Assembly: GCA_041664905.1 (NCBI GenBank)
Contig: JBAYJX010000004.1
Location: 1-53,411, forward strand
Length of the DNA: 53,411 bases
DNA from: an archaeon
GTDB lineage: Archaea > Iainarchaeota > Iainarchaeia > Iainarchaeales > JAAZKV01
Direction of reading: 5' to 3'
Shown: positions 17,914 through 27,024 of the stretch, in pieces
Layout: each line of letters opens with the position of its first letter
How positions within the stretch are numbered: position 1 is the first letter of the stretch
Position numbers and translations under genes: made by a program
The notes under the pieces: model-generated
The model's input: only the letters and a program-made list of their open reading frames with translations
Databases searched by the model: none
What the model was told of the DNA's origin: nothing

Positions 17914-19659
17914 ATGAGTATGATTAGACAACCAATAATTACTGTTCTTGGTCACGTTGATCATGGAAAAACTTCTCTTTTGGATGCAATTAGAAGTTCA
18001 CGCGTTGCAGCAAAAGAAGCGGGCGCAATAACTCAGCACATTGGGGCAACAGAAGTACCAATTAGTACAATACAAGCACTAGCTGGGCCAATAATAAAAA
18101 AATTTGGTTTTACTCTAACAATACCCGGATTATTATTTATTGATACGCCTGGACATGAAGCTTTCACAAACTTAAGAAAACGCGGAGGCGGAATTGCGGA
18201 CCTCGCAATACTAGTAATTGATGCAATGCAAGGAATACAACCACAAACAATAGAAGCAATAGAGATATTACGCGCATTCAAAGTTCCATTTGTAATAGCA
18301 ATGACGAAAATAGATTTAATTCCATTTTATTCTTCAAAAGAAGGAAGTTTTCTTGAAAATCTTGCAACCCACGACAAGCGAAGCCAACAATTGTTTGATG
18401 AAAAATTATACACTTTAGTCGGAAAATTATATGAACATGGATTTGAAGGAGAAAGATTTGATAGATGTGCTTTTGGAAAACAAATCCCGATTGTTCCAGT
18501 TTCAGCTCACACAAAAGAAGGATTGGCAGAATTATTAACATTACTATCTGGATTATCACAAAGATACTTAGAAAAAAAACTTGACATTAATAATGATGAA
18601 GTAGCAAAAGCAGCAGTACTTGAATCAAAAGAAGAAAAAGGACTTGGAATAACAATTGATGTAATACTTTACCAAGGAACACTGCATGTGAATGATGAAA
18701 TTGTGGTTGTTGGAAAAAAAGGCGTAATTAAAACAAAAATAAGAGCGCTACTTGAACCAAAACCAATGCAAGAAATGAGTTTAACAAAAGAAAAATTTTC
18801 ATCAGTAAAAAGCGTTACTGCTGCAACAGGAGTAAAAATATCGGCTCCTGGACTGGAAGACGTTTTAGCAGGAGCAACACTTAGTGGAATAAAAACAGGA
18901 AAAGAAATGGAAGAACTAAAAGCAGAATTCAAAGAAACACAATACGTTTCTGATAATAAAGGATTAATTGTAAAAGCTGATGCGATAGGCTCACTTGAAG
19001 CAATGATGAATTTACTAAAAAAAGAAAAATATTTACTTAGAAAAGCGGATATTGGAAATGTTACAAGAAAAGATGTGATGGAAGCAGCCTCACTTAAGTG
19101 TGATGATCCATTACTTGGAGTAGTTTTAGCATTCAATGTTTTAGTTGATGCTGATGCGGTGGCTGAGGCAGACAAGCGAGGAATAAAAATATTTAACGAA
19201 AAAGTAATTTACCATTTAATTGAAAATTATCGTGCGTGGGTAGAAGAAGCAAAAAGACTTGAAAAACAAAATGAAATGGCTTGCTTAATTTGGCCAGTAG
19301 AATTTGAAGTATTACGAGGAAAAGTATTTCGAAATACAAAGCCTGCAATAGTTGGAGTAAGAATACTTGAGGGTAAGCTAAGAGAAGGCTGTAAACTAAT
19401 GAATTCTAGTGGAGTAGAAGTAGGTAAAGTTGAGGGTATTCAAAACGAAGGAAAAGCAGTAAAAGAAGCAAAAAAAGGGGATGAAATGGCGGTTTCTATA
19501 GATGGGGCAAACATAGGCAGAAACCTTTCTGAAGGAGAACACCTCTATTCTTGCATTCCTGCAAAACAATATGCTGAACTTGAAAAATATTCAAGTGATT
19601 TTACTGTTGATGAAAAACAATTACTTGAAAAAATAAAATCCAAACAAAGGGTGGAATAA
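17914..19659 (+). CDS. infB: Translation initiation factor aIF5B (IF-2 family GTPase)
   Basis: QPIITVLGHVDHGKTSLLDAIR (G1), DTPGHEAF (G3), MTKID (G4). The 581-aa length and domain order are typical of aIF5B. Confidence 0.93.
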   Translation: MSMIRQPIITVLGHVDHGKTSLLDAIRSSRVAAKEAGAITQHIGATEVPISTIQALAGPIIKKFGFTLTIPGLLFIDTPGHEAFTNLRKRGGGIADLAILVIDAMQGIQPQTIEAIEILRAFKVPFVIAMTKIDLIPFYSSKEGSFLENLATHDKRSQQLFDEKLYTLVGKLYEHGFEGERFDRCAFGKQIPIVPVSAHTKEGLAELLTLLSGLSQRYLEKKLDINNDEVAKAAVLESKEEKGLGITIDVILYQGTLHVNDEIVVVGKKGVIKTKIRALLEPKPMQEMSLTKEKFSSVKSVTAATGVKISAPGLEDVLAGATLSGIKTGKEMEELKAEFKETQYVSDNKGLIVKADAIGSLEAMMNLLKKEKYLLRKADIGNVTRKDVMEAASLKCDDPLLGVVLAFNVLVDADAVAEADKRGIKIFNEKVIYHLIENYRAWVEEAKRLEKQNEMACLIWPVEFEVLRGKVFRNTKPAIVGVRILEGKLREGCKLMNSSGVEVGKVEGIQNEGKAVKEAKKGDEMAVSIDGANIGRNLSEGEHLYSCIPAKQYAELEKYSSDFTVDEKQLLEKIKSKQRVE

Positions 19660-19740
19660 GAAGAATATTATAAAATTGGCCGGCTAGGAAGGAATAAAAT
19701 GGTTTCTAGAGGCATTATTTTTAATGAATGGGTGATTTGA

Positions 19741-20214
19741 ATGAAGTTCGTAATAAGCGATCAAAAAACAGGTAAAGGATATACAGCAAGCCAAGAACAA
19801 GAATTGTTTTTGGGGAAAAAAATAGGAGAAGTAGTTAAGCTTGATGAATTAGGCTTAGCTGGCTACGAAGGAAAAATAACCGGCGGAAGCGATAAACAAG
19901 GATTCCCTATGAATGTGTCAATGGTTGGATCTGCAAGAAAAAAGATCTTTACTAAAGGTGCCGCAGGATTTAGAGCAACAAAAAAAGGAGAGAGAAAAAG
20001 AATTTCTGTAAGAGGAAACACAATAAGCAACGAAATTGCACAACTAAATATTGTTGTTACAAAAGTTGGAGCAGTTGATATTTCACAAATACTAGCTAAG
20101 AAAGAAGCTACTGGTGACGACGCATTAAGTGCAAAAGAAAGACTAATTAAGAAAAGTCTTGAACAAGCAGGAAGCGAAGAACTAGGTAGTGGAGTAAAAA
20201 AAGCAAAACATTAA
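19741..20214 (+). CDS. rps6e: 30S ribosomal protein eS6
   Basis: LGLAGYEGKITGGSDKQGFPMNVSMVGSARKKIF is the eS6 signature. Confidence 0.9.
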   Translation: MKFVISDQKTGKGYTASQEQELFLGKKIGEVVKLDELGLAGYEGKITGGSDKQGFPMNVSMVGSARKKIFTKGAAGFRATKKGERKRISVRGNTISNEIAQLNIVVTKVGAVDISQILAKKEATGDDALSAKERLIKKSLEQAGSEELGSGVKKAKH

Positions 20215-20238
20215 AATAAAAATAACGGGTGTTAGAGT

Positions 20239-21894
20239 TTGACTGGAAAGAAAAAAGAAAGCGAAGAAACTGTAAAAAAAACAGTGAAAAAAAAAGACTT
20301 GCCAGTAGACTCCAGTCCAAAAGAAATCAAAATAAAAGCAAAGAAAAAAATTGTTGAAAAAGTGGTTGAAGAAGTTCAGCAAAAAACCCATTCAGAAAAA
20401 GCTGAAAGTCTAAAAACCACTTCTCCACAAGACCATGAAACTAAAGTTCATGCTGAACATAAATTAACTGCTGAAAGAGTTTCTACTGAACACAAAGCGC
20501 ATGTTGAACACAAAATTTCTACTGAACAAAAAGTTCATACTGAACATAAAGAGCAGGTTGAACACAAAGAACATGTTGAGCACAAAGAACACAACATTAA
20601 ACCAGCTGAAATAACTGCTAGTGTTTGTTCACCTCAACAAAAAAAACAAAAAGATGTTGATCAATCAGAAATAAATATCGGGATGATTGGACACGTTGAT
20701 CATGGTAAAACATCTCTAACAAAAGCTCTGACAAACAAATGGTGTGATACACATAGTGAGGAAATGAAAAGAGGAATATCAATTAGACTTGGATATGCAG
20801 ATGTTACTTTTTATAAATTAAAAACTGACTCTGGAACCACTTATAGTAACAAACCAGAATACAGTGGAAAATCAGCCGAAGTAGTGAGCAAAAGAATAGT
20901 TAGTTTTGTTGATGCCCCGGGGCATGAAACACTAATGACTACTATGTTATCTGGAGCAGCACTAATGAACGGAGCAGTACTAGTAATTGCGGCAAACGAA
21001 GCCTGTCCACAACCAAGAACAATAGAACACTTAATGGCACTAAAATTTGCAGGAGTGGATAAAGTTGTTGTTGCTCAAAACAAAATTGATTTAATAACAA
21101 AAGAACAAGCCCTGTTAAATTACAAAGCAATTCGAAATTTTCTTGATGGGTATGGATACACTACTGCACCAATAATTCCGACTGCAGCAAACTTTGGAGC
21201 AAACATTGATTCACTAATTGAAGCAATAGAAACACACATTCCGACACCCGATTTTGATTTATCAAAACCACTAAAAATGTTTATTGCAAGAAGTTTTGAT
21301 GTAAACAAACCTGGAACAAAAATAAAAGATTTAAAAGGAGCAATAATTGGTGGAAGCATAGCACAAGGAGTAGTTGCAGTTGGGGACGAAATTGAACTTT
21401 GCCCTGGATTAAAAGGGAGTACTCTAACAAAAGTAACAAGCATATCCACTGATCAAGGATTCATACAAAAAGCAAGACCTGGCGGATTAATTGCACTCGG
21501 AACAACACTTGATCCAAGCGTTGCACAAAATGATCAATTGCGCGGGCAAATAGCAGTAAAACCAAATACGGCGCCAAAACCAGTGCGTGAACTTGTGCTA
21601 AAAGTAAATATGTTTGAAAGAATGATAGAAGAGAACATGAAAAACCAAACAAAAGGGGCGTCTGGGAAAAATGAAGCGAACAGTGCGTCACAAAAAACTA
21701 CTATAAAAGTAACTGAGCCACTAGTTATTACAATCGGAACAAATACAGTAGTTGGATTTGTAATAAAATCTGATGCTAAAGCAACAACACTTAATTTGAA
21801 AAATGAAGTAATTGCCCAAAAAGGAGAAAAAGTAGCAATAAGTAAAAACCTTAATGGCCAATGGAGACTAATAGCCTACGGCGAAATACAATAA
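20239..21894 (+). CDS. Translation initiation factor aIF2 gamma subunit with a ~140-aa N-terminal K/E/H-rich extension
   Basis: The core starts at INIGMIGHVDHGKTSLTKAL (G1), with DAPGHE (G3), QNKIDL (G4) and EF-Tu-like domains II/III. TTG 20239 is preceded by GGGTG. There is no in-frame ATG/GTG/TTG between the EHK repeats and the G domain. Confidence 0.88.
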   Translation: MTGKKKESEETVKKTVKKKDLPVDSSPKEIKIKAKKKIVEKVVEEVQQKTHSEKAESLKTTSPQDHETKVHAEHKLTAERVSTEHKAHVEHKISTEQKVHTEHKEQVEHKEHVEHKEHNIKPAEITASVCSPQQKKQKDVDQSEINIGMIGHVDHGKTSLTKALTNKWCDTHSEEMKRGISIRLGYADVTFYKLKTDSGTTYSNKPEYSGKSAEVVSKRIVSFVDAPGHETLMTTMLSGAALMNGAVLVIAANEACPQPRTIEHLMALKFAGVDKVVVAQNKIDLITKEQALLNYKAIRNFLDGYGYTTAPIIPTAANFGANIDSLIEAIETHIPTPDFDLSKPLKMFIARSFDVNKPGTKIKDLKGAIIGGSIAQGVVAVGDEIELCPGLKGSTLTKVTSISTDQGFIQKARPGGLIALGTTLDPSVAQNDQLRGQIAVKPNTAPKPVRELVLKVNMFERMIEENMKNQTKGASGKNEANSASQKTTIKVTEPLVITIGTNTVVGFVIKSDAKATTLNLKNEVIAQKGEKVAISKNLNGQWRLIAYGEIQ

Positions 21895-21953
21895 AATAAA
21901 AACTCGTTTTTCTTCAACTAAAAGCTTTTATTTGAAAAAGTCTTATTGTTTTA

Positions 21954-22547
21954 GTGGATAATCTAATAATTGATCTAGGCGAAACAGAGCCAATGGATAG
22001 ATTAAGAGTAGGCGAATTAAAGAAAATGGATAAATATAACCAACAAGAATTTGTTACTCGCCAAAAAGAAATTAATCAATCTATAAAAACTGTTTCTAAT
22101 GGAAAAATGCTTCCTGAAAGAACTCTTGCGCGTTATGATGAGCGGTTCTCTAAAAAAAATGAGAAAAGAGCATTATTGTTTGTGCTTTGTGCGTTTTTAG
22201 TTGCATTCACATTTTCTTTTTTTATGCAACCAAGCATATTTTTTCAATATTATTCTGACACAGTTTATTTAGCTAACTTATCTGGAAGAGAAATAAATAA
22301 TATATCTATTTATCCTGTTACTGAACTTGCGGGGCTACAAAAATTAGAGAAAACCCAAGCAATAGTTTTTATTGAAAAATTAGCCCCAAAAGAAGTTATT
22401 ACTATTCCAAGTGACTATACAGGGCTTTTTGTTGCCCTTTCTGATAGACAAATGCCCGCAATTGGTTTTATTCCTGGTTCAAATGAAAGTTCTGGCGGAC
22501 TTGGAGATGGAGTTTATCAAGGGCTTAGAGATCAAGCAAAGGAGTGA
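21954..22547 (+). CDS. Hypothetical single-pass membrane protein
   Basis: 197-aa ORF with one central hydrophobic segment (LLFVLCAFLVAFTFSFF). No family recognised. Its stop overlaps the start of the next ORF by 4 nt. Confidence 0.5.
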   Translation: MDNLIIDLGETEPMDRLRVGELKKMDKYNQQEFVTRQKEINQSIKTVSNGKMLPERTLARYDERFSKKNEKRALLFVLCAFLVAFTFSFFMQPSIFFQYYSDTVYLANLSGREINNISIYPVTELAGLQKLEKTQAIVFIEKLAPKEVITIPSDYTGLFVALSDRQMPAIGFIPGSNESSGGLGDGVYQGLRDQAKE

Positions 22548-23203
22548 TTAAGATGGTTGAAGAAAAAAGTATAATCCAAATAATACAAAAAATGGTTCAA
22601 GATAATGAAAGTGAGGAAAAAATAATAAGCACTCTTGAAACACTTGGAGTTGAAGAAGGGCAAGCAAAAAGATTACTCCTCATAGCCCAAGCAGACACAT
22701 TCACTCTCCTAAAATCAGAAATAGATAAATTAGTTGGAGCAAAAGTTGAATCAAAAAAAGAGCAAATTGAAGAAGATTCAAGAAAATTTATTGACAAAGA
22801 AATGGATACAAGAAAATCTGAATTATCTAGTTCAATTGAGAAAGAATTTTTAAAAAACAAATTAGCTTTTTCTGAAGATCAAAAGAGATTCCAAGCAACT
22901 GTTTCTGATTCAGTTTCAAAAGTAGCAAAACTAAATGAAGAAGCATACATGATGGCTGAAGAAAACAAAAAGTTAATTGCCATGGTTCAAAAAGATTTGG
23001 CTGAAACAAAATTAAAAGGAATTAAACTAAAGCGTTCATTAATGAGAAACATTTTGTTATTATTTGGGCTATTGTGTTTCTTATCATCGCTTACATTTGT
23101 TGTCTTAGTGTTTAATTCAGCATTCAATGTGGATTACATTACCATTTCAATAGTGCTAGCACTTGTCGGAACTGGAACAATCTATTTGTCATCAAACATG
23201 TAA
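22544..23203 (+). CDS. Hypothetical coiled-coil protein with two C-terminal TM segments
   Basis: 219-aa ORF with a long K/E-rich helical region, then ILLLFGLLCFLSSLTFVVLVF and ISIVLALVGTGTIYL. Translationally coupled to the upstream ORF. Confidence 0.5.
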   Translation: MIKMVEEKSIIQIIQKMVQDNESEEKIISTLETLGVEEGQAKRLLLIAQADTFTLLKSEIDKLVGAKVESKKEQIEEDSRKFIDKEMDTRKSELSSSIEKEFLKNKLAFSEDQKRFQATVSDSVSKVAKLNEEAYMMAEENKKLIAMVQKDLAETKLKGIKLKRSLMRNILLLFGLLCFLSSLTFVVLVFNSAFNVDYITISIVLALVGTGTIYLSSNM

Positions 23204-23264
23204 ATTTGGGTTTTAATTGGGTTTGTTGCAAATAGATTAATATCCAAATGGAGTGAAGTTAAGT

Positions 23265-23654
23265 ATGGCTAAAATAAAAGTACTTTTAGATACAAATTTT
23301 TTGCTTACTATGGTTAGGCAAAAAATACATGGTCTTGAAGAAATCAAAGAAAAAATTCCTGCTGAGTTTTACACACTAAGCCGAGTGCTTGTTGAACTTA
23401 ATGGGTTGTCAAAACAGGATAAAAAAATAAAAAATGAGGTAAGAATTGTTGAAGAAATACTCCAAAAAAACAATGTGAAAACAATTGATAGTACTATAAA
23501 TGATGTTGATTCAGAACTTGTAACTCTAAGCAAAGAGTATGTAATTGCAACAAACGATAAATATCTCAGACAGCGAGTGAAAAAAGAAGGCGGAAAGACC
23601 ATTTTTATCAGAAGTTTAACTTATATTGACACGGGCGAAGTAGTAGAAGAGTAA
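23265..23654 (+). CDS. PIN-domain protein (Fcf1/Utp24-like, the conserved aIF2gamma-neighbour type)
   Basis: VLLDTNFLL at the N-terminus and ATNDKYLRQRVKKEGGKTIFIR near the C-terminus fit the Fcf1-like PIN pattern. It sits between aIF2-gamma and Rpo7 as in many archaea. GGAGTGA lies 8 nt before ATG 23265. Confidence 0.75.
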   Translation: MAKIKVLLDTNFLLTMVRQKIHGLEEIKEKIPAEFYTLSRVLVELNGLSKQDKKIKNEVRIVEEILQKNNVKTIDSTINDVDSELVTLSKEYVIATNDKYLRQRVKKEGGKTIFIRSLTYIDTGEVVEE

Positions 23655-23663
23655 AAGAACGCT

Positions 23664-23710
23664 AAAACCTGGACAGGTTTTGGACTTAACGAGTAATTTT
23701 TTTGTTGTTT
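23664..23710 (+). terminator. Hairpin (AAAACCT-GGAC-AGGTTTT) followed by T-runs after the PIN gene
   Basis: The inverted repeat was read directly at 23664-23681. TTTTTTT and TTTTT runs follow within 30 nt. Oligo-T is the usual archaeal termination signal. Confidence 0.4.
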
Positions 23711-23862
23711 TTAAGCCAAAAGTGATGGTTTTTAAACATGGCGTTTTCTTAATTAATTAATCCTGCCTTAGTGTTAAGGCTAGAAATTAAGCTAATATTG
23801 GTGAGCAAAACTAAGCGTTTTGATAATGAAATTAAAGTTAATTTTTACTTGAAGGTGAGCAA

Positions 23863-24486
23863 ATGTTCTATACTACAAAAATTGTTGACAAAGTAAGAGT
23901 TCCAGCAAAAAAATTAGGGGCTAAAGTAAAAGATTCATTACTTGATATTTGCAGAGAAGATTACGAAGGAAGAATAAATGAAGAATATGGCGTAATAATT
24001 GCAGTAACAGCTATTGGCGAAGTTGGACTAGGACACGTAATACCCGGAGACGGTGCAGCATACTACGAAGCAGAAATAGAAATGCTTACCTATAAACCAC
24101 ACATACAAGAAGTAACAAGAGGAACAATCACAGAAGCAACAGAATTTGGTGCATTTGTAAGAATAGGTCCAATTGAAGGGCTAATTCATGTAAGCCAAAT
24201 AATGGATGACTTCATTAATTATGATTCTAAATTACCAGGATTTGTTGGAAAGAAAAGTGATAAAAAATTAGTTCCAGAAGACAATGTTCTAGCAAGAATA
24301 GTTACAATTTCTCTAAAAGGAGATACATCAAGCTCAAAGATAGGGCTAACAATGAGACAACCTTTCTTAGGAAAAGCTGATTGGGGCAAAATAGACGAAA
24401 AAGGAACAAAAGAAAAAGTAAAAGGATTGTCAAAAGAAGAAAAAGCTGCTAAGAAAGAAAAGAACAAAGGCGAGAAAAAGGATTAA
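23863..24486 (+). CDS. rpoE: DNA-directed RNA polymerase subunit E' (Rpo7, S1 domain)
   Basis: The N-terminal Rpb7-like domain (MFYTTKIVDKVRVPAKKLG) is followed by an S1 fold (GTITEATEFGAFVRIGPIEGLIHVSQIMDD). Confidence 0.9.
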   Translation: MFYTTKIVDKVRVPAKKLGAKVKDSLLDICREDYEGRINEEYGVIIAVTAIGEVGLGHVIPGDGAAYYEAEIEMLTYKPHIQEVTRGTITEATEFGAFVRIGPIEGLIHVSQIMDDFINYDSKLPGFVGKKSDKKLVPEDNVLARIVTISLKGDTSSSKIGLTMRQPFLGKADWGKIDEKGTKEKVKGLSKEEKAAKKEKNKGEKKD

Positions 24487-24502
24487 ACTAGAGGGATTTT
24501 GG

Positions 24503-24697
24503 ATGTTAAAAGAAAAAGCATGTCGAAATTGTAGATTCATAGTTGAAGAAGGCGCTGTCTGCCCTAACTGCAACGAAACAACATTTACTACTTTTTGGAG
24601 AGGATATGTTGTAATAATAAATCCTGAACAATCAGAAATAGCTAAAAAAATGGGAATAACTCGAAGAGGAAAGTTTGCTTTAAGATTAAGTAGATAA
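24503..24697 (+). CDS. spt4: Transcription elongation factor Spt4 (RpoE'')
   Basis: 64 aa with CRNC...CPNC zinc ribbon and GYVVIINPEQSEIAKKMGI, typical of archaeal Spt4. It lies directly after Rpo7. Confidence 0.88.
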   Translation: MLKEKACRNCRFIVEEGAVCPNCNETTFTTFWRGYVVIINPEQSEIAKKMGITRRGKFALRLSR

Positions 24698-24717
24698 ATG
24701 TTTAAAGGTGAATACAA

Positions 24718-25047
24718 ATGGAACTAAAAGTACTGAGCAAGAAAAAAAATGAATTATTAAAAAGAACAGAATCGGTTTTTGAAATGCACGAAAAAACCAT
24801 TCCTTCAAAAGTACAAATAAGAGAAAAGTTAGCTGCAATGCTTGATACATCAGCTGAAAAAATTGCAATTACAAAAGTTGTTTCAAAATTTGGTTCATCA
24901 AAAGCAAAAGTACACGCAAGAATATATGCGACTGTTGAAGAACTGAAGAAAACAGAACCAAAACACATAATTGTTAGAAACTTTGGAAAAGAAAAGAAGA
25001 ATGAAGCGGAAGCTGATGCTAATGCTCCTGCGAGTTTTAAGAAATAA
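24718..25047 (+). CDS. rps24e: 30S ribosomal protein eS24
   Basis: KKKNELLKRTESVFEMHEKTIPSKVQIREKLAAML ... GSSKAKVHARIY fits eS24. The Rpo7-Spt4-S24e-S27ae order is conserved. Confidence 0.88.
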   Translation: MELKVLSKKKNELLKRTESVFEMHEKTIPSKVQIREKLAAMLDTSAEKIAITKVVSKFGSSKAKVHARIYATVEELKKTEPKHIIVRNFGKEKKNEAEADANAPASFKK

Positions 25048-25063
25048 ATACTTGGTGATATGA

Positions 25064-25240
25064 ATGGCTGAAAAAGAAGCAAAAAAAATATCAAAATCTG
25101 CAATGTACGATGTTACAACTGGAGTACTTAAAAGAAAAAATAAATTCTGTCCAAAGTGCGGGCCAGGCGTATTTTTAGCTGATCACAAAGACCGATACGG
25201 CTGCGGAAAATGCGGATACATGGAAACAAAGAAGAAATAA
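25064..25240 (+). CDS. rps27ae: 30S ribosomal protein eS31 (S27ae). It falls below the 60-aa cut-off of the supplied ORF track.
   Basis: My own translation gives [58 protein letters not shown] (58 aa), with the CPKC...CGKC zinc ribbon of S27ae. GGTGA lies 5 nt upstream of the ATG. Confidence 0.88.
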   Translation: MAEKEAKKISKSAMYDVTTGVLKRKNKFCPKCGPGVFLADHKDRYGCGKCGYMETKKK

Positions 25241-25350
25241 AGGGCTTCTTTTTTTCTTTTAAATTCTTATTCTTAATTTCTCCCTTTGCCTTTTAAACTT
25301 TTTTTCCTTCTCTTAAGACTTGAAACATTTAAAACAAGTTACAATCTCTA

Positions 25351-25896
25351 TTGAACATGCTTTACTGGCTACTAATGTTTTTTTTACTTGTTTTTCCGTT
25401 CTTCTGGTTAAGGGTTATTAAAAGTTGGTCTTGGGAAAAAATAAAATTAGAAATGTTTTCAAAGTTTAAGGGTTGGAAAAAAGAACTAACTGGTTCAATC
25501 ACTTTACTAATTTTAATGCTTGTAGCTTATTTTGTACTTGTTGGGTTGTTGAGCTTAATTGGACTAAATGATTTGGAAAAAGTAAGCCAAATAGTAAACG
25601 GGGAAATATTAAATGGTCTTGGATTGTTTATCTTAACTGTAATAATAATTGTTTTTATTGAAGAGATATTTTTTAGAGCATTCCTTGTGAAAAGAACTGG
25701 AATAATAATCGCAACAATAATTTTTACACTTGCACACATTGGATATAATTCAATTGCTGAATTAGTTGGAGTATTTGTTTTAGGACTAATACTTGCTTAC
25801 TGGTACAAGAAAACTAATTCATTAACCCAAGTCTATATTGCACACCTAATATACAATTTGTTTGCAATAGCAATGTATATTATGGTGATGAAATGA
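25351..25896 (+). CDS. CPBP-family (CAAX-type) intramembrane metalloprotease
   Basis: Multi-TM protein with EEIFFRAF (motif 1), FTLAHI (motif 2) and AHLIYN (motif 3). TTG 25351 or ATG 25357 is the start. Confidence 0.8.
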   Translation: MNMLYWLLMFFLLVFPFFWLRVIKSWSWEKIKLEMFSKFKGWKKELTGSITLLILMLVAYFVLVGLLSLIGLNDLEKVSQIVNGEILNGLGLFILTVIIIVFIEEIFFRAFLVKRTGIIIATIIFTLAHIGYNSIAELVGVFVLGLILAYWYKKTNSLTQVYIAHLIYNLFAIAMYIMVMK

Positions 25897-26966
25897 ATTG
25901 CCTTGCGTTTGAATCAACTGCACACACTTTTGGAGTGAGTGTTGTAAAAAGCGATATTGAAAAAGAAAGTTATGAAAAGTCAATTTGTGAGATACTCTCA
26001 AATGAAAAAGAATCTTATACTACAGAAAAAGGGGGAATGATTCCTCGAGATTTGGCAGAACATCACTACAAAGCCGCTCCGACAGTTATAAAATCAGCTT
26101 TAGAAAAAGCTAAAGTGAGTTTAAAGGAAATTGATTTAGTTGCATTCAGTGCTGGCCCAGGAATTGGAAATGCACTTCGTGTTGGAGCAATAACAGCTAG
26201 ACAAATTTCTCAAAAAATAAATAGGCCAATAATCGGAGTGAATCACTGCGTTGCGCACATAGAAATTGGAAGAAAACTTTGCTCCGCAACTGATCCAGTA
26301 ATTCTTTATGCTTCAGGAGCAAATACGCAAGTAATTCGCTATGAAAATGAGTATTACAGAGTATTTGGTGAAACACTTGATAGTGGAATAGGGAATTTTT
26401 TGGATGGGTTTGGAAGAGAACTAGGGTTAGGGTTTCCTGCAGGACCAACACTTGATGAAATATATTTTAAAGGAAACCTTGCAAAAGCAGATGCTTTTGT
26501 GGGGCGTAGTGAAGCAGTGGCTTCACCACGAGAATTAATTGAACTCCCTTATACAGTAAAAGGAATGGATCTAACTTTCTCGGGATTATTTACTAATGCG
26601 GTTAACAAAATTCCTCAAATTGAACAAGGAAAAATAAGAAAAGAGGATTTAGTTTACTCAACACTACATTATGCATTTGCAATGCTAACAGAAGTAACTG
26701 AACGTGCACTTGCATACACCCAAAAAAACCAAGTACTACTTGGGGGCGGAGTAGGGTGCTCAAAAGCACTACAACAAATGGTTGGAAAAATGTGCGAAGA
26801 ACGAGGGGCAAAGTTATTTGTTCCGCCTGAAGAAGTAATGACAGATAATGCTGCGATGATAGCATGGCTAGGATTATTAACTTCCACAAAAGGTGAAAGA
26901 AACAAATTTTTTGGAATATTGCCAAAACAAAGAACAGATGATGTAAAAGTAAGTTGGAGAAAATGA
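25893..26966 (+). CDS. kae1: tRNA N6-adenosine threonylcarbamoyltransferase Kae1 (no Bud32 fusion)
   Basis: CLAFESTAHTFGVSVV at the N-terminus, the metal site VNHCVAHIEIG, and the ASKHA-fold C-terminal part (LLGGGVGCSKALQQM, TDNAAMIAW). The start overlaps the upstream stop (ATGA). Confidence 0.9.
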   Translation: MNCLAFESTAHTFGVSVVKSDIEKESYEKSICEILSNEKESYTTEKGGMIPRDLAEHHYKAAPTVIKSALEKAKVSLKEIDLVAFSAGPGIGNALRVGAITARQISQKINRPIIGVNHCVAHIEIGRKLCSATDPVILYASGANTQVIRYENEYYRVFGETLDSGIGNFLDGFGRELGLGFPAGPTLDEIYFKGNLAKADAFVGRSEAVASPRELIELPYTVKGMDLTFSGLFTNAVNKIPQIEQGKIRKEDLVYSTLHYAFAMLTEVTERALAYTQKNQVLLGGGVGCSKALQQMVGKMCEERGAKLFVPPEEVMTDNAAMIAWLGLLTSTKGERNKFFGILPKQRTDDVKVSWRK

Positions 26967-27024
26967 AATTTAGATACTAGGAAAGTATATTAACAACCGA
27001 AAATACAATATTTGTGGTGATTTA

